Below are positions 22,190-35,299 of a stretch of 64,000 nt of DNA, one piece after another (within the stretch, counting starts at the first letter, position 1; each line of letters starts with the position of its first letter). Source of the stretch: Amphiscolops sp. MND2022 (Eukaryota); NCBI GenBank assembly GCA_964187785.1, contig OZ076419.1:22754001-22818000 (forward strand). The letters run 5' to 3'. The position numbers were made by a program, and so were the translations under genes. The notes beneath the pieces were generated by a model. The model made no database searches and had not been told where the DNA came from. It saw only the letters and a program-made list of their open reading frames with translations.

Positions 22190-24830
22190 ATAGTGCAGAG
22201 ATTGAAATCATAACTCAAAATTCTTAGATAGTAATTTAGACAACTGCCGAGCGTAAATCAGCGAAAAAGTCTAAAACTACCTTCGTCAATCGCAGATGTA
22301 AGATTTTTGAAGCAAAATGAAAATTTTATCAAACAGAATTTTAGACAACCGCAGAATGGTCCAGAGGAAACATTCTAAATACAAGTTTTAACCATCGCAG
22401 ATTGAAATCAAGTCAGAACTCTAGGTTAAGAGGTTTGACAACTTAAGAAAGAAACAAGTGGAGAAAATCTAAGATAATGTTTTGGAATACCGTAATATGA
22501 AGTTAGCGAAAAACTTTCCTGGATAGAACTTCAGACAACTCATGGGTAGCAATCATCCTAAATGTTCAAAGATAGGCTTTCATCAACCGCAGAAGTGAAA
22601 GCTGCGGGAGAAATTACAAGCATTCGGACTACCGCAGAGTGAAATTTGGGACATCATTTTAGGACAAATGTCAGATGAGAGAATTTTAAACAAATGCTGA
22701 GTAGAAATCAGCAGGCACTTTTCCAAGGTGGGTTTTAGATAACTGCAGGATGGATACAGCGCAACATTATTTGAAGTAGTTGTTTGAACTACCGCAGAAT
22801 GAAAACACGGAAATTTGTCTTACATGGCATTGTAGGCACCTGTCGAGTAGCAATCAGAAAATATTCTCATAGAATTTCGTCAACTGCAGAATCGAAGTCT
22901 GCAAATGATTTTCTATTTTGAAATCGAGTCAACAGCCCAATGATTTTACGGGAAAATGATCCAACAAATTAATTGACCGTTCAATTTGACCGATCCAACA
23001 AAAACCATTCAGTAGAACTCAGCGGAGACTTTTTTAAAACAGATGTCTGGACTATATAGAAAATATAGACTAATATAGAATGGTGTCGACTGCAGAAGTT
23101 TAATTTGAAGCAAATTTTATAGAAGAGAATTTTGGACTACCGCAGAGTGAAATTAGCAATATCACTCAAAGAACGAAGTTTTTAAACCGCAGAATTTAAG
23201 TCTGCGGAAATTATTCTAAGATAGAAAATAGGACAACTGCCGAATGATATCAGCGGAAAATTCCTCATTAGAATTTTGGACAACTGCTGACGAAAAATCA
23301 ACGGAATTTATCTGAAATAGCATTTTGCCAACCGCAGAATTGAATTCAGCAGACAATATTTCAGGTTAACACTTGGTCAATTGAAGAAGTTAAGTCTGTC
23401 GTAAGTATTCGAAGTTGAAATATAGTCAACTGCTGAATGAGTCTCCGAGCAACCTTCTAAGATAGAGTTTTGAACAACTGCCGAATTGAATCAGCTAAAA
23501 TTTTTCCACCAAATAAGTTTTGAAAACCGCTGGCAAAAATCTGCGATACTATCTATTTTGGACTACCGCATACGTTAGTCAGCGGTAAAACTCTAAGATA
23601 GAACCTAGTCAACCGTCTGCGGAAACATTCCGTGATAAAGCTTAATTAGTCTTAGAAATGTAATCTGCGGAAAAGTTTCAAAGTTGAAATCTAGCCAACC
23701 GCAGAATGAAATCAGTGGGCAGTATCCCGAAATACAGTTTTGGAGTACCGGGTAGAAATCGGCGGAAAATACTCCTACATAGAACTTCAGACAACTGTTG
23801 TGTAGAAATCAGCGAAAACATTGAAAGAAAGAATTTTGGGCAACTGCAGAATTGAATCTGCGGAGCATATACTTAGATATAATTTTAGACAACTGCTGAG
23901 TAACAATCAACGCGTATCTTCTAAGATAGACATTTGTCAACCGCAAAAAGTAAACCTGTGGAAAATTTTTAGAGATTAAATATTGAACTTTTGCTCAGTA
24001 AAAACGACGGAAATATTCTTTAAAAAGGTTTGTCAACAGCCAACTGGAGTCTGCGGAAACATTTTGAGTCAAAATTTAGTCAATTCAAGAATTGAACACC
24101 TCAGAAATTGTTCTAGCTGAAATCTACTCAGTGGAAATCTATTCAACTGCAGAATGTGATCCGCGGGCATTTTTTAAGATTTCTAGACAACTGCAGAATT
24201 CATTCAGCGGAAAAGGTTCTAAGATAGAAATTTTGTAAATCGCTGATGAAGAATAATAGACTCCCGCATAAGGAAACTTGCGGGAAAAGTTTCCTGGATA
24301 GACTTGTAGACTACTGCTGAGTAGAAATCAGCGCACGTATTCTAAGATCAAATGAAATCAAACGCAGAATGAAATCAGCGGACATTATTCCAGCAACCGT
24401 AAAATGAAACCAGCGGAAAACATTCTAGGATAGAATTGAGGATTACCGCAGAAGAATTTTGGAAAAGATTTTAGAACAATTTCAGAATGAAAAAATGTCA
24501 GACAACTGTTGAGTAGAAATCAGCGGGCAATGTTCTAGGATAGAAATTTACACAAATGCAGAATGAAGTCAACGGAAAATAATATAGGATCCAATTTTGT
24601 AAACCGCAGAAGTTTAATCCTGCGGAAATATTCTAGGATATTATTTAGTTAACTAGTTGAATGCAGAATGAAATCAGCGTAAAACATTCTTGGATACAGT
24701 GAAATCAGCAGAAGGTATTCTAGGATAGAGCTTTAGACGACGGCAAAAATGAAATCCATAGAAATTACTCAAAGTTAAAATTCTGTGCTACTGCAGAGGT
24801 AAATATCCTTGATAGAATTTTTACACCTAT
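22190..24830 (+). repeat. Degenerate ~49-bp satellite array, block 2
   Basis: Same unit as block 1, e.g. units starting at 23221, ~23268 and ~23317. Confidence 0.9.
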
Positions 24831-25708
24831 GAGTTCGTATGATTAACATTATATCCGCTTCATTATTATGTCCTTAGGTTGTTTCCTATTCCCCCCACCC
24901 ACGATCAATATTTTATGAAAGTAAATTTCCTCAAATACTTCAGAAAAATTACTAATTTAATCAAAAACCTTCTTTCAAAACAGGAAGTTAACGTCTATTA
25001 GAATATTTTTTTGTTTGAACGATCCTTTTTTCTCACATTTTGACTATACTTACGTTCTTCTTCACTGTTTTTGTCACTCAAAACAGGAAGTTGTTGATTT
25101 GGTAATCAAAAATGTGTGACTTCATACACAAAAATGTGAACTAAGTTTGTATTTCAATTCCAAACTGTCACATTGGAAGTAAATTCAAAATGGAAGGTTT
25201 CTGGTTTGTATTCAAGTCTTTTTGTTAAAATATTTCCTCCAATTTCTCAAAAAATGGTGGTGGGGATGAAAACAAAAGAACCAAAAGAATATGCTGCGAC
25301 CGCTGTTATAATGGCCGCCGTCGATATTTTTTCCACTTTCGTTCTTTCATCCACTCCTTTACTCCCCTTTCTTTACTCAATGTTTAATTTGTTTCCTGTT
25401 TCTTTTAGCACGTGCTATTGTATTAAAAACCGCACTGTAGCTGTTAAACATATTCGCTAGAGCGTTAGTAACAGCGTTACAAATCATTCCAATTTTTGTG
25501 CTTATTGTTTTGCTTACCAGCTCACGGTTATCATTGCATCATTTTTGTTTGTTAGTTTTTTTTGGTTTTATCTATTGGTTACTGTCCCGCAAATAAACCT
25601 TCGTCGGAGACAAAACAGTTCGTTCTCATTGAGCAGATTGATATATACGTCAATAGCGTAAATTAGCGTTGTCACGAATCTCGAATTCCACTGCAATAAT
25701 TTGGCCGA

Positions 25709-27307
25709 ATGGAAACTCAGCAGCAATCAACCTCAACTAACCTTGGAACCCGGGAACCCATTCATGAATTCATTGAAACGTCAAAATGGCAAATGGAAAA
25801 GTTTTTCCCTTCTTGGAAAAACAGTGGGAAAAACTGGTGGAAAAAAACATATCTGATCCCACCCTCTCCGATTATCAAATTTCCAGGGCCAATTGACGAA
25901 GGGGCTTCAGGATATGACGACGGTCTTGTTTCAAAACAGAAGCCAATTATTCAAGGCGATTGTGCTGAATCAAAAGTTCACAAATTTCTGGCCGAATCGA
26001 ATCGACATTGCTTCGTTTTACAAAACTTCACCACGTCAAAGTGGAGAGGAATTTTCGGAGATGCCGGTTACGATACTTCGAACGAGACTTTAAGGGAAAT
26101 TTTTGCGGGGCCCGATATCGAAATTGATTTTCTGGTGTTGCACCCATACCTTGGCATTATCGCTTTTGAAGTGAAAAGCATTGGCTCGTTCAAAGCGAAC
26201 AGATACAATGATGCCAAAAAACAACTGAAAACAAAAATAGCTTTCCTAAAACGAGTTCAAAACTTCTTCCTAGGGAATCCTTCTGAAGTTCAAGAAATGA
26301 TTCCCTCGACGAAAGTGATAAGTTTCCCGTCTGTTACAATGAAAGATGGAATTGAAGACTTTTTCAATTTGGGAGAGAACCATTTGAAACATCCTAATAA
26401 ATGGTGGAGTTGTCTGGCGGAAACGGGAGCCGATTCGAAGAATTTGTTTGAGAGTTCTCGTCTCTATCAGCAATTAATTCATCTTTTTGTGGGCTTGTAC
26501 CTCACAGAGGATCTTTCATTTGGCGAAAACGTTATGAAATTATTCAAACAAATCGGACATCAAGACTATCTGCCCAGCTGCTCAAGACTTTCAACTCAAT
26601 TTGAAACTAAAGTTCGCCCGTCAGCTTTTGAGGAACCCTTCTTCCTAACCCCCGAACAAAATTGTGTGTTGTCCTGCCAAGCGGAGAGACAGTTAATTTA
26701 TGGAGAATATGGGACCGGTAAGACGCTTCTGCTGATGCAAAAAGCTCTGAATGAAATGAAGGAGGGAAATGAAATAGTGATTTACATCCCAGGGAAGTTG
26801 AAACCACGGTATGAACAGTTTAGAAAACAATATAGGCACTTGGCAAAATGTCACATTTTTACTCACGAGGAATTCATCCAAGGAAACCACAAGTTTTCCG
26901 AGTTTTGTGAAACTGCCCTTTTTGCCGATGAGTTTGATATTGACAAAACTTTTCTGGAGGTCGACGCACCCGAAGATTTTAGTTATTCTATTAGTGACAA
27001 TTTTTTTGATTCCTTGAAATCCCGATCGGCAAAGGCTGTAATTGCATTGTCCAATTGTTCGATTGAAGACGATCACGAACGTCCCTATCGAGAAGAAAGA
27101 TTTCCATATCAGAGACCTGCTCCTTATCTGTGGGTATGGGGTTCGAGGGATTTCGAAATGTTAGAATTAAAATCGATCATGAGAAATACTTGTTCAATAA
27201 TTGATTACTGGAGACAATTATTCGGTTCCCTTCACAATCGTTTTGATGGTCACAAGCTTGGATTCTCAGGGTTCCAGGTAGGGAAACATGCTTGGTTACG
27301 ATATTAA
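25709..27307 (+). CDS. NERD (PD-(D/E)xK) nuclease + SF1 helicase, N-terminal part
   Basis: Uninterrupted 532-aa ORF. Nuclease core QGDCAE...EIDFLVLHPYLGIIAFEVKS...AKKQL. Helicase: LTPEQ, Walker A GEYGTGKT, Walker B LFADE, and LKSIMRNTCSI. Helicase motifs V and VI are missing here. Confidence 0.85.
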   Translation: METQQQSTSTNLGTREPIHEFIETSKWQMEKFFPSWKNSGKNWWKKTYLIPPSPIIKFPGPIDEGASGYDDGLVSKQKPIIQGDCAESKVHKFLAESNRHCFVLQNFTTSKWRGIFGDAGYDTSNETLREIFAGPDIEIDFLVLHPYLGIIAFEVKSIGSFKANRYNDAKKQLKTKIAFLKRVQNFFLGNPSEVQEMIPSTKVISFPSVTMKDGIEDFFNLGENHLKHPNKWWSCLAETGADSKNLFESSRLYQQLIHLFVGLYLTEDLSFGENVMKLFKQIGHQDYLPSCSRLSTQFETKVRPSAFEEPFFLTPEQNCVLSCQAERQLIYGEYGTGKTLLLMQKALNEMKEGNEIVIYIPGKLKPRYEQFRKQYRHLAKCHIFTHEEFIQGNHKFSEFCETALFADEFDIDKTFLEVDAPEDFSYSISDNFFDSLKSRSAKAVIALSNCSIEDDHERPYREERFPYQRPAPYLWVWGSRDFEMLELKSIMRNTCSIIDYWRQLFGSLHNRFDGHKLGFSGFQVGKHAWLRY

Positions 27308-27705
27308 ATGATATTTCGAACTTTTAAAAGATTTGAACAGTACCCTTGTAAAATAGATAACTTCGTTTTTTTCCTACTTCATTGCCTTTGAAAACAAAAA
27401 GCAGACACATTCCACTTTCCATTATTTGACACAAAGGCACCAGAATAACTTGAACTTGATTGAAAAGTCTTCACTGAACCGAAAACTACTTCATGCATTT
27501 ATGCATATAAGTTCCGGAAAGAAAAATTGAGAAAAGTATTTCCCTTGCCGTCATCATCGCAATAACCAATATTGTTCGAGAATAACGTTGAAAGGTCGGA
27601 TATAGGGATATTTGATCGTTTAAATGTGTTATAAAAGAAAATTTTTGATCCAACTGAAAAATACAGTTGTTCGACATTGGTTGCACTAGACTTAAGTACA
27701 TCTCA

Positions 27706-28175
27706 ACAAGCCGGGAACGGCATAAGTCGGCCCCATTTTTAAGGCTGAAAAATAGCAAAAATACATGGACGTGTCAAAAAAACTCAAAGTATCAAACTCA
27801 TAAAAAGAGTATCAAACTCACAAAAAAACCCAAACGACCGAACTGGCGCGCTAAAAGGGGGGACCCTTTCCCATTTTTCAACATCGTTTGTTGCAAAACA
27901 TCAAATAATTGAAAGAGGGACCCCTTGGTGAAAAGATAATTCGAAAAAAAGTTTCCACAATGCCAAAAAATTGAAAGGGTTGACCCTTTAGTCTCTCCTG
28001 GTATTGTATGTTCTGCGGAAAACAAAAAAAACTTTCTTGGATCAGTTCGGTAGTCCAAATATTTCAATTTGGCACCATAAAATTTCGTAGAACTTTCGAG
28101 AACTATTCTGGTCAATTGGTGTGGATTAAAAAAGTCACTAAAATAGTCGCGTTTCACTTCATGAAGCGCCGATTA
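27706..28175 (+). repeat. Second, shorter copy of the 21173-21786 repeat family
   Basis: Same 5' acaagccgggaacggcataa and 3' gtcgcgtttcacttcatgaagcgccga ends. Confidence 0.8.
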
Positions 28176-28976
28176 GGAATACTTCAATTTAGCTCATAAT
28201 TACAGTCATCAACAACACTGCCGGTTCGTCATTCAACTCTAATGCTTATAGGGTTGAACACTGCAATATCGTAACTGAAAATAATTTTAAAAAACAAGGA
28301 CGATCCCCAAGTGCAGAAGCTCCCACAGTGCAGTAGGGGTTCCCCAGTGCAGGAGGGATGCACAGAAGATGCCATAGTGCAGGAGGGGTGTTATAGGCTT
28401 GAAAATTGCAATATCGTAACTGAAAACAATTTCAAAAAACAAGGACGATCGCCAAGTGAAAAAAACAAAGGAACTCGAGTAGCCAAAAAAACTCTGGTAG
28501 TCAGAAGTGGGGAGGGATATCGACAACCCTTTGGTTCCATCACGTTTTTCAATCAGTCTGAAAATTAAAAGAAATAGTGGAAACCTCTTGCCACTCCTAG
28601 ATCTGGCACTAACTTACAAACTAGAAATTGAGATAAAGTCACAAAGTGCCAACGATTATCCAACCTGTTACCCGTTGGGCATGAAAATGGCGACTTTTAA
28701 ATTAACTGTGGGCAATTTTTTCCGCAAAAATTTGTCGATCTTTGTTGAGTAATTAGACATTTTAAAGGGAACTACTTTCGTACACTCTTACGAGCACGGC
28801 AAATGATTGATTTGCAGTTGTGAAGCGACACGCTATTCTTCCTCTGTAACGTCATTATTAATATGACGCAATTCCAGCGTATACGCTTTCAAAAATCTGA
28901 GTTTTGCCAGCTGAAACTTTCAGAAATTCGCGGGGAAAGTGTCTTGAATTTTTTCCATGTTGCTCGGAAAACTAGC

Positions 28977-30439
28977 TGTAATGACCGCCTGATTGGGTCA
29001 TTTCAATTCAATCACGCTGACCTAGACGTAGAGGCCGTATTTTCAAGGTTGATTTTGTTTGTTCCTGGGAAAGTAGTCCCGGGCGTTCTGCCGGACAATG
29101 TATCAATTTTGGATGTTAGGTTTTCCATCATTTTGAGAATTTCCCTTTGGTTTGTTTCAGCCTTCTTTTTACTCCTACTAACAGACTTTTCGACCTTTTC
29201 GAAGATTTCGGAAAAAACTTTGTCAGAAATGGTTGTGACGTTTTTCGTCCTCAGGCTTGCTGCTTCAGACTGGTCCAGCGAACTAGTCAAAGATTTTCTT
29301 CTAGCCTTTCTTTTGGATGATCTTTCAGGCATTCTATATCACACTTTCTTCTCTCTCTGGAGCTTTTAAATCTCAGTTTTCTTTCAAAGGTGGCAAACTG
29401 GAGATTTCAGAACAGTTTATTGATTCATTTCGTTTCAAAGGGGAACGAAACCAACTGACTTTTAGATATCAATTCAAACTTGCAGGTTTACGATTTTCGA
29501 ATGATCACAACACAAATTTCACAAGTATTTATGACTTTTCCTGAACGAGCATCCTTCATACCTTGTTCACACCGGCGTCCTTCCAAGGCGGAGAAAGTGG
29601 AAGTTCCGATCAGCTCCGCCAAACAGACTCTCAGTTTGTTCATGCTTCTAGGGGAAAGCAAGCGTCCACTTCATGTCTGAGTTGCGGCTTCGCTTTTCTT
29701 CACTTCCAATTCCCGCCTTTCTAAGAACGCTGAAACTAAACTTGGGCAAGGAATTTCGCGCGTGTTTTATCATGCGTTTTTTGAGGATAGTAAATACAGC
29801 ATGACACTCAATTTCACAAAAAAAGACAATCTTTATCTAATTAATTTCAAGCATTTTCAGCAAATATTATGAACTTCAAATAATATAACTTCACCTAGTT
29901 TCTAGGGCAATTTTCTAAAATGTCGCTTCAGTTATTTACTTAGCACGTTGATAAATTATAGAGCTAATGATAAATTATAAAGCACGTTATATACACTCGG
30001 TAGCGTTATTAGTGTTTAAACAAAAATTCACTACACAATTCACTCTGAGGCTGCTTGCCAGGCTGGCGTCACAGTTCGCAACTTTGAGGCCGCTTGCCAG
30101 GCCGCGGGACTGCTGCTCTAGTCTACCGGCCGTTAGCCGTGCAGCGTGCTGCGTTTACTAATAATCATTTGGCTCAATTTTAAGTACTATTTAGAATGAG
30201 TTAGCTCCAATCTTATTCTTGTTGATTTTGCAAGAAATATATACTTTTTAACGAACTATTATCAATATTATTAATAATCATTAAAAATATGTTAGCTCCG
30301 TATGTGTATTTTAGTATAATATGTTAATTGTTTTTTGTTTGCTTGCTGTTCTTTCCTCTCATCTATTCCCACTTCCCTTCTACGTAAACTGCGCTCGGTC
30401 TTTTGCAGAATTCACAGCTTCTTAGTTGGGGCTGTGACA
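28977..30439 (-). repeat. 3' LTR (1463 bp)
   Basis: TG...CA termini; homologous to 41127-42873. Confidence 0.85.
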
Positions 30440-31129
30440 GTCCTCGGCTTTTTGGCGCTGTCTCGTCGATGAGAACGAATTGGGAGATAGAACGAAAGGG
30501 TGTTTCAAATATGGTCGGTAGGTTATCCCGCATCGAGTCGTAAGGCCGCCAAGTTGAGTCCGTATCACAGTCACTTCCCGAGCAGTATCCCTCTGAACTG
30601 CTGTAAATACTAATTATCCTGAGCAAAACATCGTCGGGGATGACTGGATTATTTCTCAATACGCGTCTTATGGTGTCTTGATTGTCTTCCCCATTGGTAG
30701 TATTAATAGGTGGCTGTCAATGGACTGGGACCACATGTTAGTTCTCAGTCTAGACGATCTCGTAAGTAATGACTGTTTGCGGTTGATTGATCAATAGGTA
30801 ATTTGGCGGCGTGTACTTGGCCTTTCGCTTGAATGGTTTGGTTGGTCGCGGTCAAGAATAAAGATACCTTCATTTGTTTGCTTGTTCAAAGTTGTATTAT
30901 TGATTGTACTGTAGTAACAAGCTGAAGGTCAGTCAATTTTCAGTACGACTGAATTATCCCGCTTTGTGAATTTCGTTCACTCCATTTGTGTTGAATTTTG
31001 AAATGTTCAGCTTGCAGACTGAACAACTCTCCCTATACAGTAAATAATTTTTTGATAGTAGTCATTCCTGGATTTACGCCACATCTTCTTTTTATTTTAC
31101 GTCATTTGGTACTTTCAGATTAATTTGAG

Positions 31130-34100
31130 ATGAGTTCTACAGAAAAGGAAAACGCCCTTCTACATCGAATTCATCGGGCTGGGAAAATGGAGAGTGATGT
31201 GAGGTCTGAGTCAGTAGTCGGGTCATTCATTTGTGTAGAGAAGAATACTAGTGGAAGTGGATAGGTGGATGAAACTGAATTGGCTGACCAGAGTGTTTAA
31301 ATTCCGAAGGCTTGTGTTTGGTGAGAAACATGTTAGCGATGATTGGATGATGAGGATGTGGAATTTCAAGCGGAGACTAAATCTGTGCACTCAGCTGCTC
31401 GCGACGACCGGCATGGTGTTGACCGCCTTGCAAAACATAAAGGTAATCTTTTCCAGAAACTATAAGGTGGCCAGCTTTTCCTAGTTGTTTTGAACGCGTT
31501 CTTTCATTCTCTACTTTCATTAGTGACTTGTTGATATGCTTGATGGTGACTACGTCCCTTCCTCCAGTCTCAAGTCGCGGGGTCAGAAGAAACGTCGGGC
31601 TAGTCGTGTGCCATCTGTTGGGAGCGTGGGACCTGCTAGACGAGTGCGCGTGGCAAAGATCATGGCAGGGGCCACTCCGGACCCTCCAACTCCGCGTGAC
31701 AGTCTTGGAGACGAGTACGATCCTCCCACCAGTTCTGCATCCAGAACACTTGAAAGTAGGTATTTCATCTTCCTTCCTGTTTAATGCAAGGTTTTATGGG
31801 TATATGCTTTGGTTAGGTAATACCCATTCTTTATGTACATAAGAGTTGTTGTATTATAGACGCTGATCTCGGTGCTCGGCCTGGATTGGGTTCATCAGCT
31901 GAGAGTGATGTGTTCATCTGCGAGCAGTCTCTTGAAGCTCCGGCTCCTGAAAGTGAGGCTGCTCCAGAACTGCCTACTAGTCAGATGCGATTTTCAAGGA
32001 CTCAGCATGGTTGTTCAGCAGTCGGCCTGGAGCCATCCGTTATCCACATTGAGTGGGAAAAAATAGCATTGCACGCTTTCTGCAACGTCTTTCTATTTAT
32101 GTCGGTGTTGTTGTAGTCTTAGAGTCTGTTTTGCATTTTGTTTCTCATTGTTGTTTGGTTTTGTTCGATTATGGTGTTCTTCTGGAACGAGGGTTGGTTT
32201 ATTCTGTTTAGCTGGGTTGGAGACTGTCCCTCCTAGGTCTCCTATGATGACGTCAGCCGCACAGTGTGTGATGCTTGCTCGTTGTGCCGCACAAAGTGAA
32301 CGAACTGAGACCATGAAAAAGATGGAAACTTTAGCAAAGCGAGAGTATTTCTTGTTTATATTGATCTTGTTAGTTGGTTGTTGTCATTGTCCTGGTTCTC
32401 TCTGTGCTAGATGTTTTGTTTTTTGTTTGCATGATTGGTGTATCACTCTGGGGTCTCGGTACTGTCGGGTTGTTCTGTTTGATGTGGTCTTGTTTAGAGT
32501 TCGAAAAGCTATCCCGATTACTCAACGTAAAAGGGATTGTTGCTAGTGATCCCGGCCGCGTCCTGGACCCCGTCTAAATCAGGAAGGAGAAATTGTTTGC
32601 GCAGGAAGAAGAGAGAGCTAAGAGGCAGACTGAGCGTCATGTTTTAGCCAAGGCTATGTTCAATCATCCTATTCAACGTTTGATCGTTTGCCGTCGCAAC
32701 TATAGAGGTCCGAACGGGTTCGATTGTGCCATCTGTCAGAAAGATGTCTCGTTCCTGTCACGTCGGTCCCGAGGCATTTGGAGACATTCCAAATGCAAAG
32801 GGCACTACCTGAAGGACCGTAAATATCGGCTGGACCACGAGGAGGCAGTATAAAAATTTTTATGCAATTCCCGTCGGCGAGGTACCTGCAGAGTTGCGGG
32901 CCGAGATTGAACAGACACCACCGGTCACGCTGGGCAAAATGAACAAACTTCTCGAGTACGAAGTTGATGCTTTGGTTGGCGTCCCATCCAATGTGCTCCC
33001 TGTGACCCTCGTGGGTTGTTTATTCGAGCTTTTGCGGAGTGGTGGATCACAAATGTTCTTGCGCCGTTAATGGAATCAAATCAGGACCGTTACTACCTGA
33101 ATGCTTCCGTTACTTGGAGCAAGACCGAAACTTTGGTCGTTCTGGTGCAGACGCTGTATCCTTGGGTGCTACAGCGAGTGAAATCATCGCTAGGAGACAG
33201 TCCCTTTAGCTTGGCGCTGCATTCTTCACACTCCGGTGTGAAGTGTATCGTCCGTTGCTATACCAATGATTCCACTCGAGAGATCTGTATTGTGGACGAG
33301 AATCAGCCTGCTGTTTCTTGTGAAGGTGAGATACGGTGCTTGTCTCGGACCCTGTCACTGGTGTCGACTCGTCGTGGACCTGTCGCTGTGAAAAACCCCT
33401 CCAGTTCCATTCAACGCGTACGTTGATTGGTGTCGATCAATTGGACGTCCGGTGATCCTGGTTGCTGAATTTTTTGATGAGGCTCCATTGCGACGTTTCG
33501 TGAACGAGTCTGGTCTCTCTTGTGTTGGGTCAGTGGATCCTTTCGCTGTTGTGGAGAATCTGGCGCAGCGCTTGAAAAGTTTTCGCCAACAGTCGTGGCT
33601 TTCGAATCTGCCACGGTTTCGTCTTGGCCTTGAGGATGGTGTGATCCCTTTTACTGTATTGTGTGATGTTCTTCAAAATTTGTTAGAGAACTGATCTGAC
33701 GTGAAGATTTGACTTCCAAACGATGTGCTGTTGATGAAGAAGTCTATCAACGTGGTTGATTTTGATTTTCTTCTATGCTTCGATCGTTTGGGACTGCCCC
33801 GACTCTCACTGTTGCATGTTTCTGGTCCCCTGTTTCCGTACGAACTGCGCGAAGATGTTCGATCCTCCGTTAGAGATTACGCGAATAGGAACTTTGCCGA
33901 CTTTTGCTTTTTATACTTGAGTCTCTTGAGCAAAGTTAAAAAGGTGAGCCAGTTGCCTTCCATCGACCAGTGGTTTGATTATATCGAAAAGCCTCTGACG
34001 AGCTGGGCTAATGTTACTGCTCCCGAGGGTCTCCAAGGTGAGCCTAGTATTCAGAGGGCACAGCGAGGGCTGGATGATACGCCCCGACGTTCGTTCCTGT

Positions 34101-34813
34101 GGGAGTGTCAGAGTTTCTTGCTGGAATCCCCTAAACAGCTGGGTTCTTCCGCATATGCCCGTTTCGAGACGCCCGGTCACTCAGCTGACTAAGTGTAGAC
34201 ATGCTGTTGGGAGGCGACGCTGACTACGTCGTGGAGTTGTTTCTGGATTTGGTCGCGTGCTTCCAGGAAGCTGGCTATCTAGACAGTCGGGATCGGGAAG
34301 CAGTCATAACTGAATTCAAATGTTTGGTTGTGGATCTACGTCAACAGCGATTGGATTCGTCGCAATTTGCACGTATTTTTGATATTTGGAGAGTAGTGGA
34401 AGTTATCCGTGTCAAACCACGTGAAGCAGATAGTTCGTCTGGTGCGAGTCATTATTTATATGTCTTAGTGCTATGCATGCTGGTGAAGTTTCCATTAGTG
34501 AGACAAGTCTGCCGACGAGTGTTGTCCGTCTTCGTTTGGGTGCAGTACAATCGTTCGTGCTCCATCCTAAATTTATGGAAAGTGATTTGCTAACAGATGG
34601 ATGTTTGGAGGAACGTGTACAAAAATTTATGACAGCCTGATTCATTGGTATACAGCGTAAAAATCGGGACAAGTGGAGGATTTGAGGGACCGAGTGTCAA
34701 CTGCTCGTCGTTGCTCTAGTGGAGTTTCAAACGTTGGTAAGAGTGCATCCGGATCTGGATCTGGAGTGAAGAAGAAAAATGCCAGAGCTCGGCGTCATGG
34801 CAAATCCAATTAG
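31130..34813 (+). pseudogene. Spliced gene derived from a hAT-type transposase, antisense within the Gypsy element, decayed
   Basis: Zinc finger FDCAICQKDVSF...IWRHSKCKGH. hAT-like segment WSKTETLVVLVQTLYPWVLQRVKSSLGDSPFSLALHSS (catalytic D position not retained). C-terminal FPLVRQVCRRVLSV and a basic tail KKKNARARRHGKSN*. GT-AG introns at 31443-31523 and 31756-31859, the latter phase-consistent. Confidence 0.55.
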
Positions 34814-35299
34814 AATTAAATTTCGTTGAAATTTATCCACTGTATGCTATGATTGCTACTGTATTTATTGTTTGTTGATACTATTGTTGTTTGTTTGATA
34901 TCTATGGGTTCCGCACGTCGTGTCTGTCGTGAAAAATTGGAAATTTGTTCGCTCTGGTGGTATGGGGCGAAATAAAAATCAGTGAAGCCAAAAAAAACTA
35001 GTTGCGACTCAGTTATTCATTGGGTCTTTTCATTTTAGCATTTAGCCTCTCACACGTTTTCATCCAAGTAATAGAGTGAGAGTCTAGCCATGCTGAATTT
35101 AGTCGAGATGAATATTAGGACGTGTGTCCTGGCAGTTGCCCGAGGCAACTTCAATTTTGCGATCTCAGGCCATCGTGCAGGCCTGGGTTCGTGATGATTT
35201 GTATTTATGGGCTGTTGTCCAAGCTATGGTTCGGGGATATCGAATTTTCTGTATCAGCATCTAAACGGTTGTAATAGGCTGTAATAGGTTTTAAGTCTG

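Noticed and set aside
17450-24830. Palindromic ~49-bp repeats as a CRISPR array, and short ORFs within them as genes
   Set aside because: The units are contiguous degenerate monomers without unique spacers, and the ORFs are chance products duplicated with the array.
25173-25460. 95-aa plus-strand ORF upstream of the NERD gene
   Set aside because: No motifs or splice support; the opposite strand looks protein-like but contains stops.
28263-28457. ~50-bp direct repeats spaced ~146 bp apart as a mini-LTR element
   Set aside because: No TG...CA ends, PBS or TSD; more likely a local duplication.
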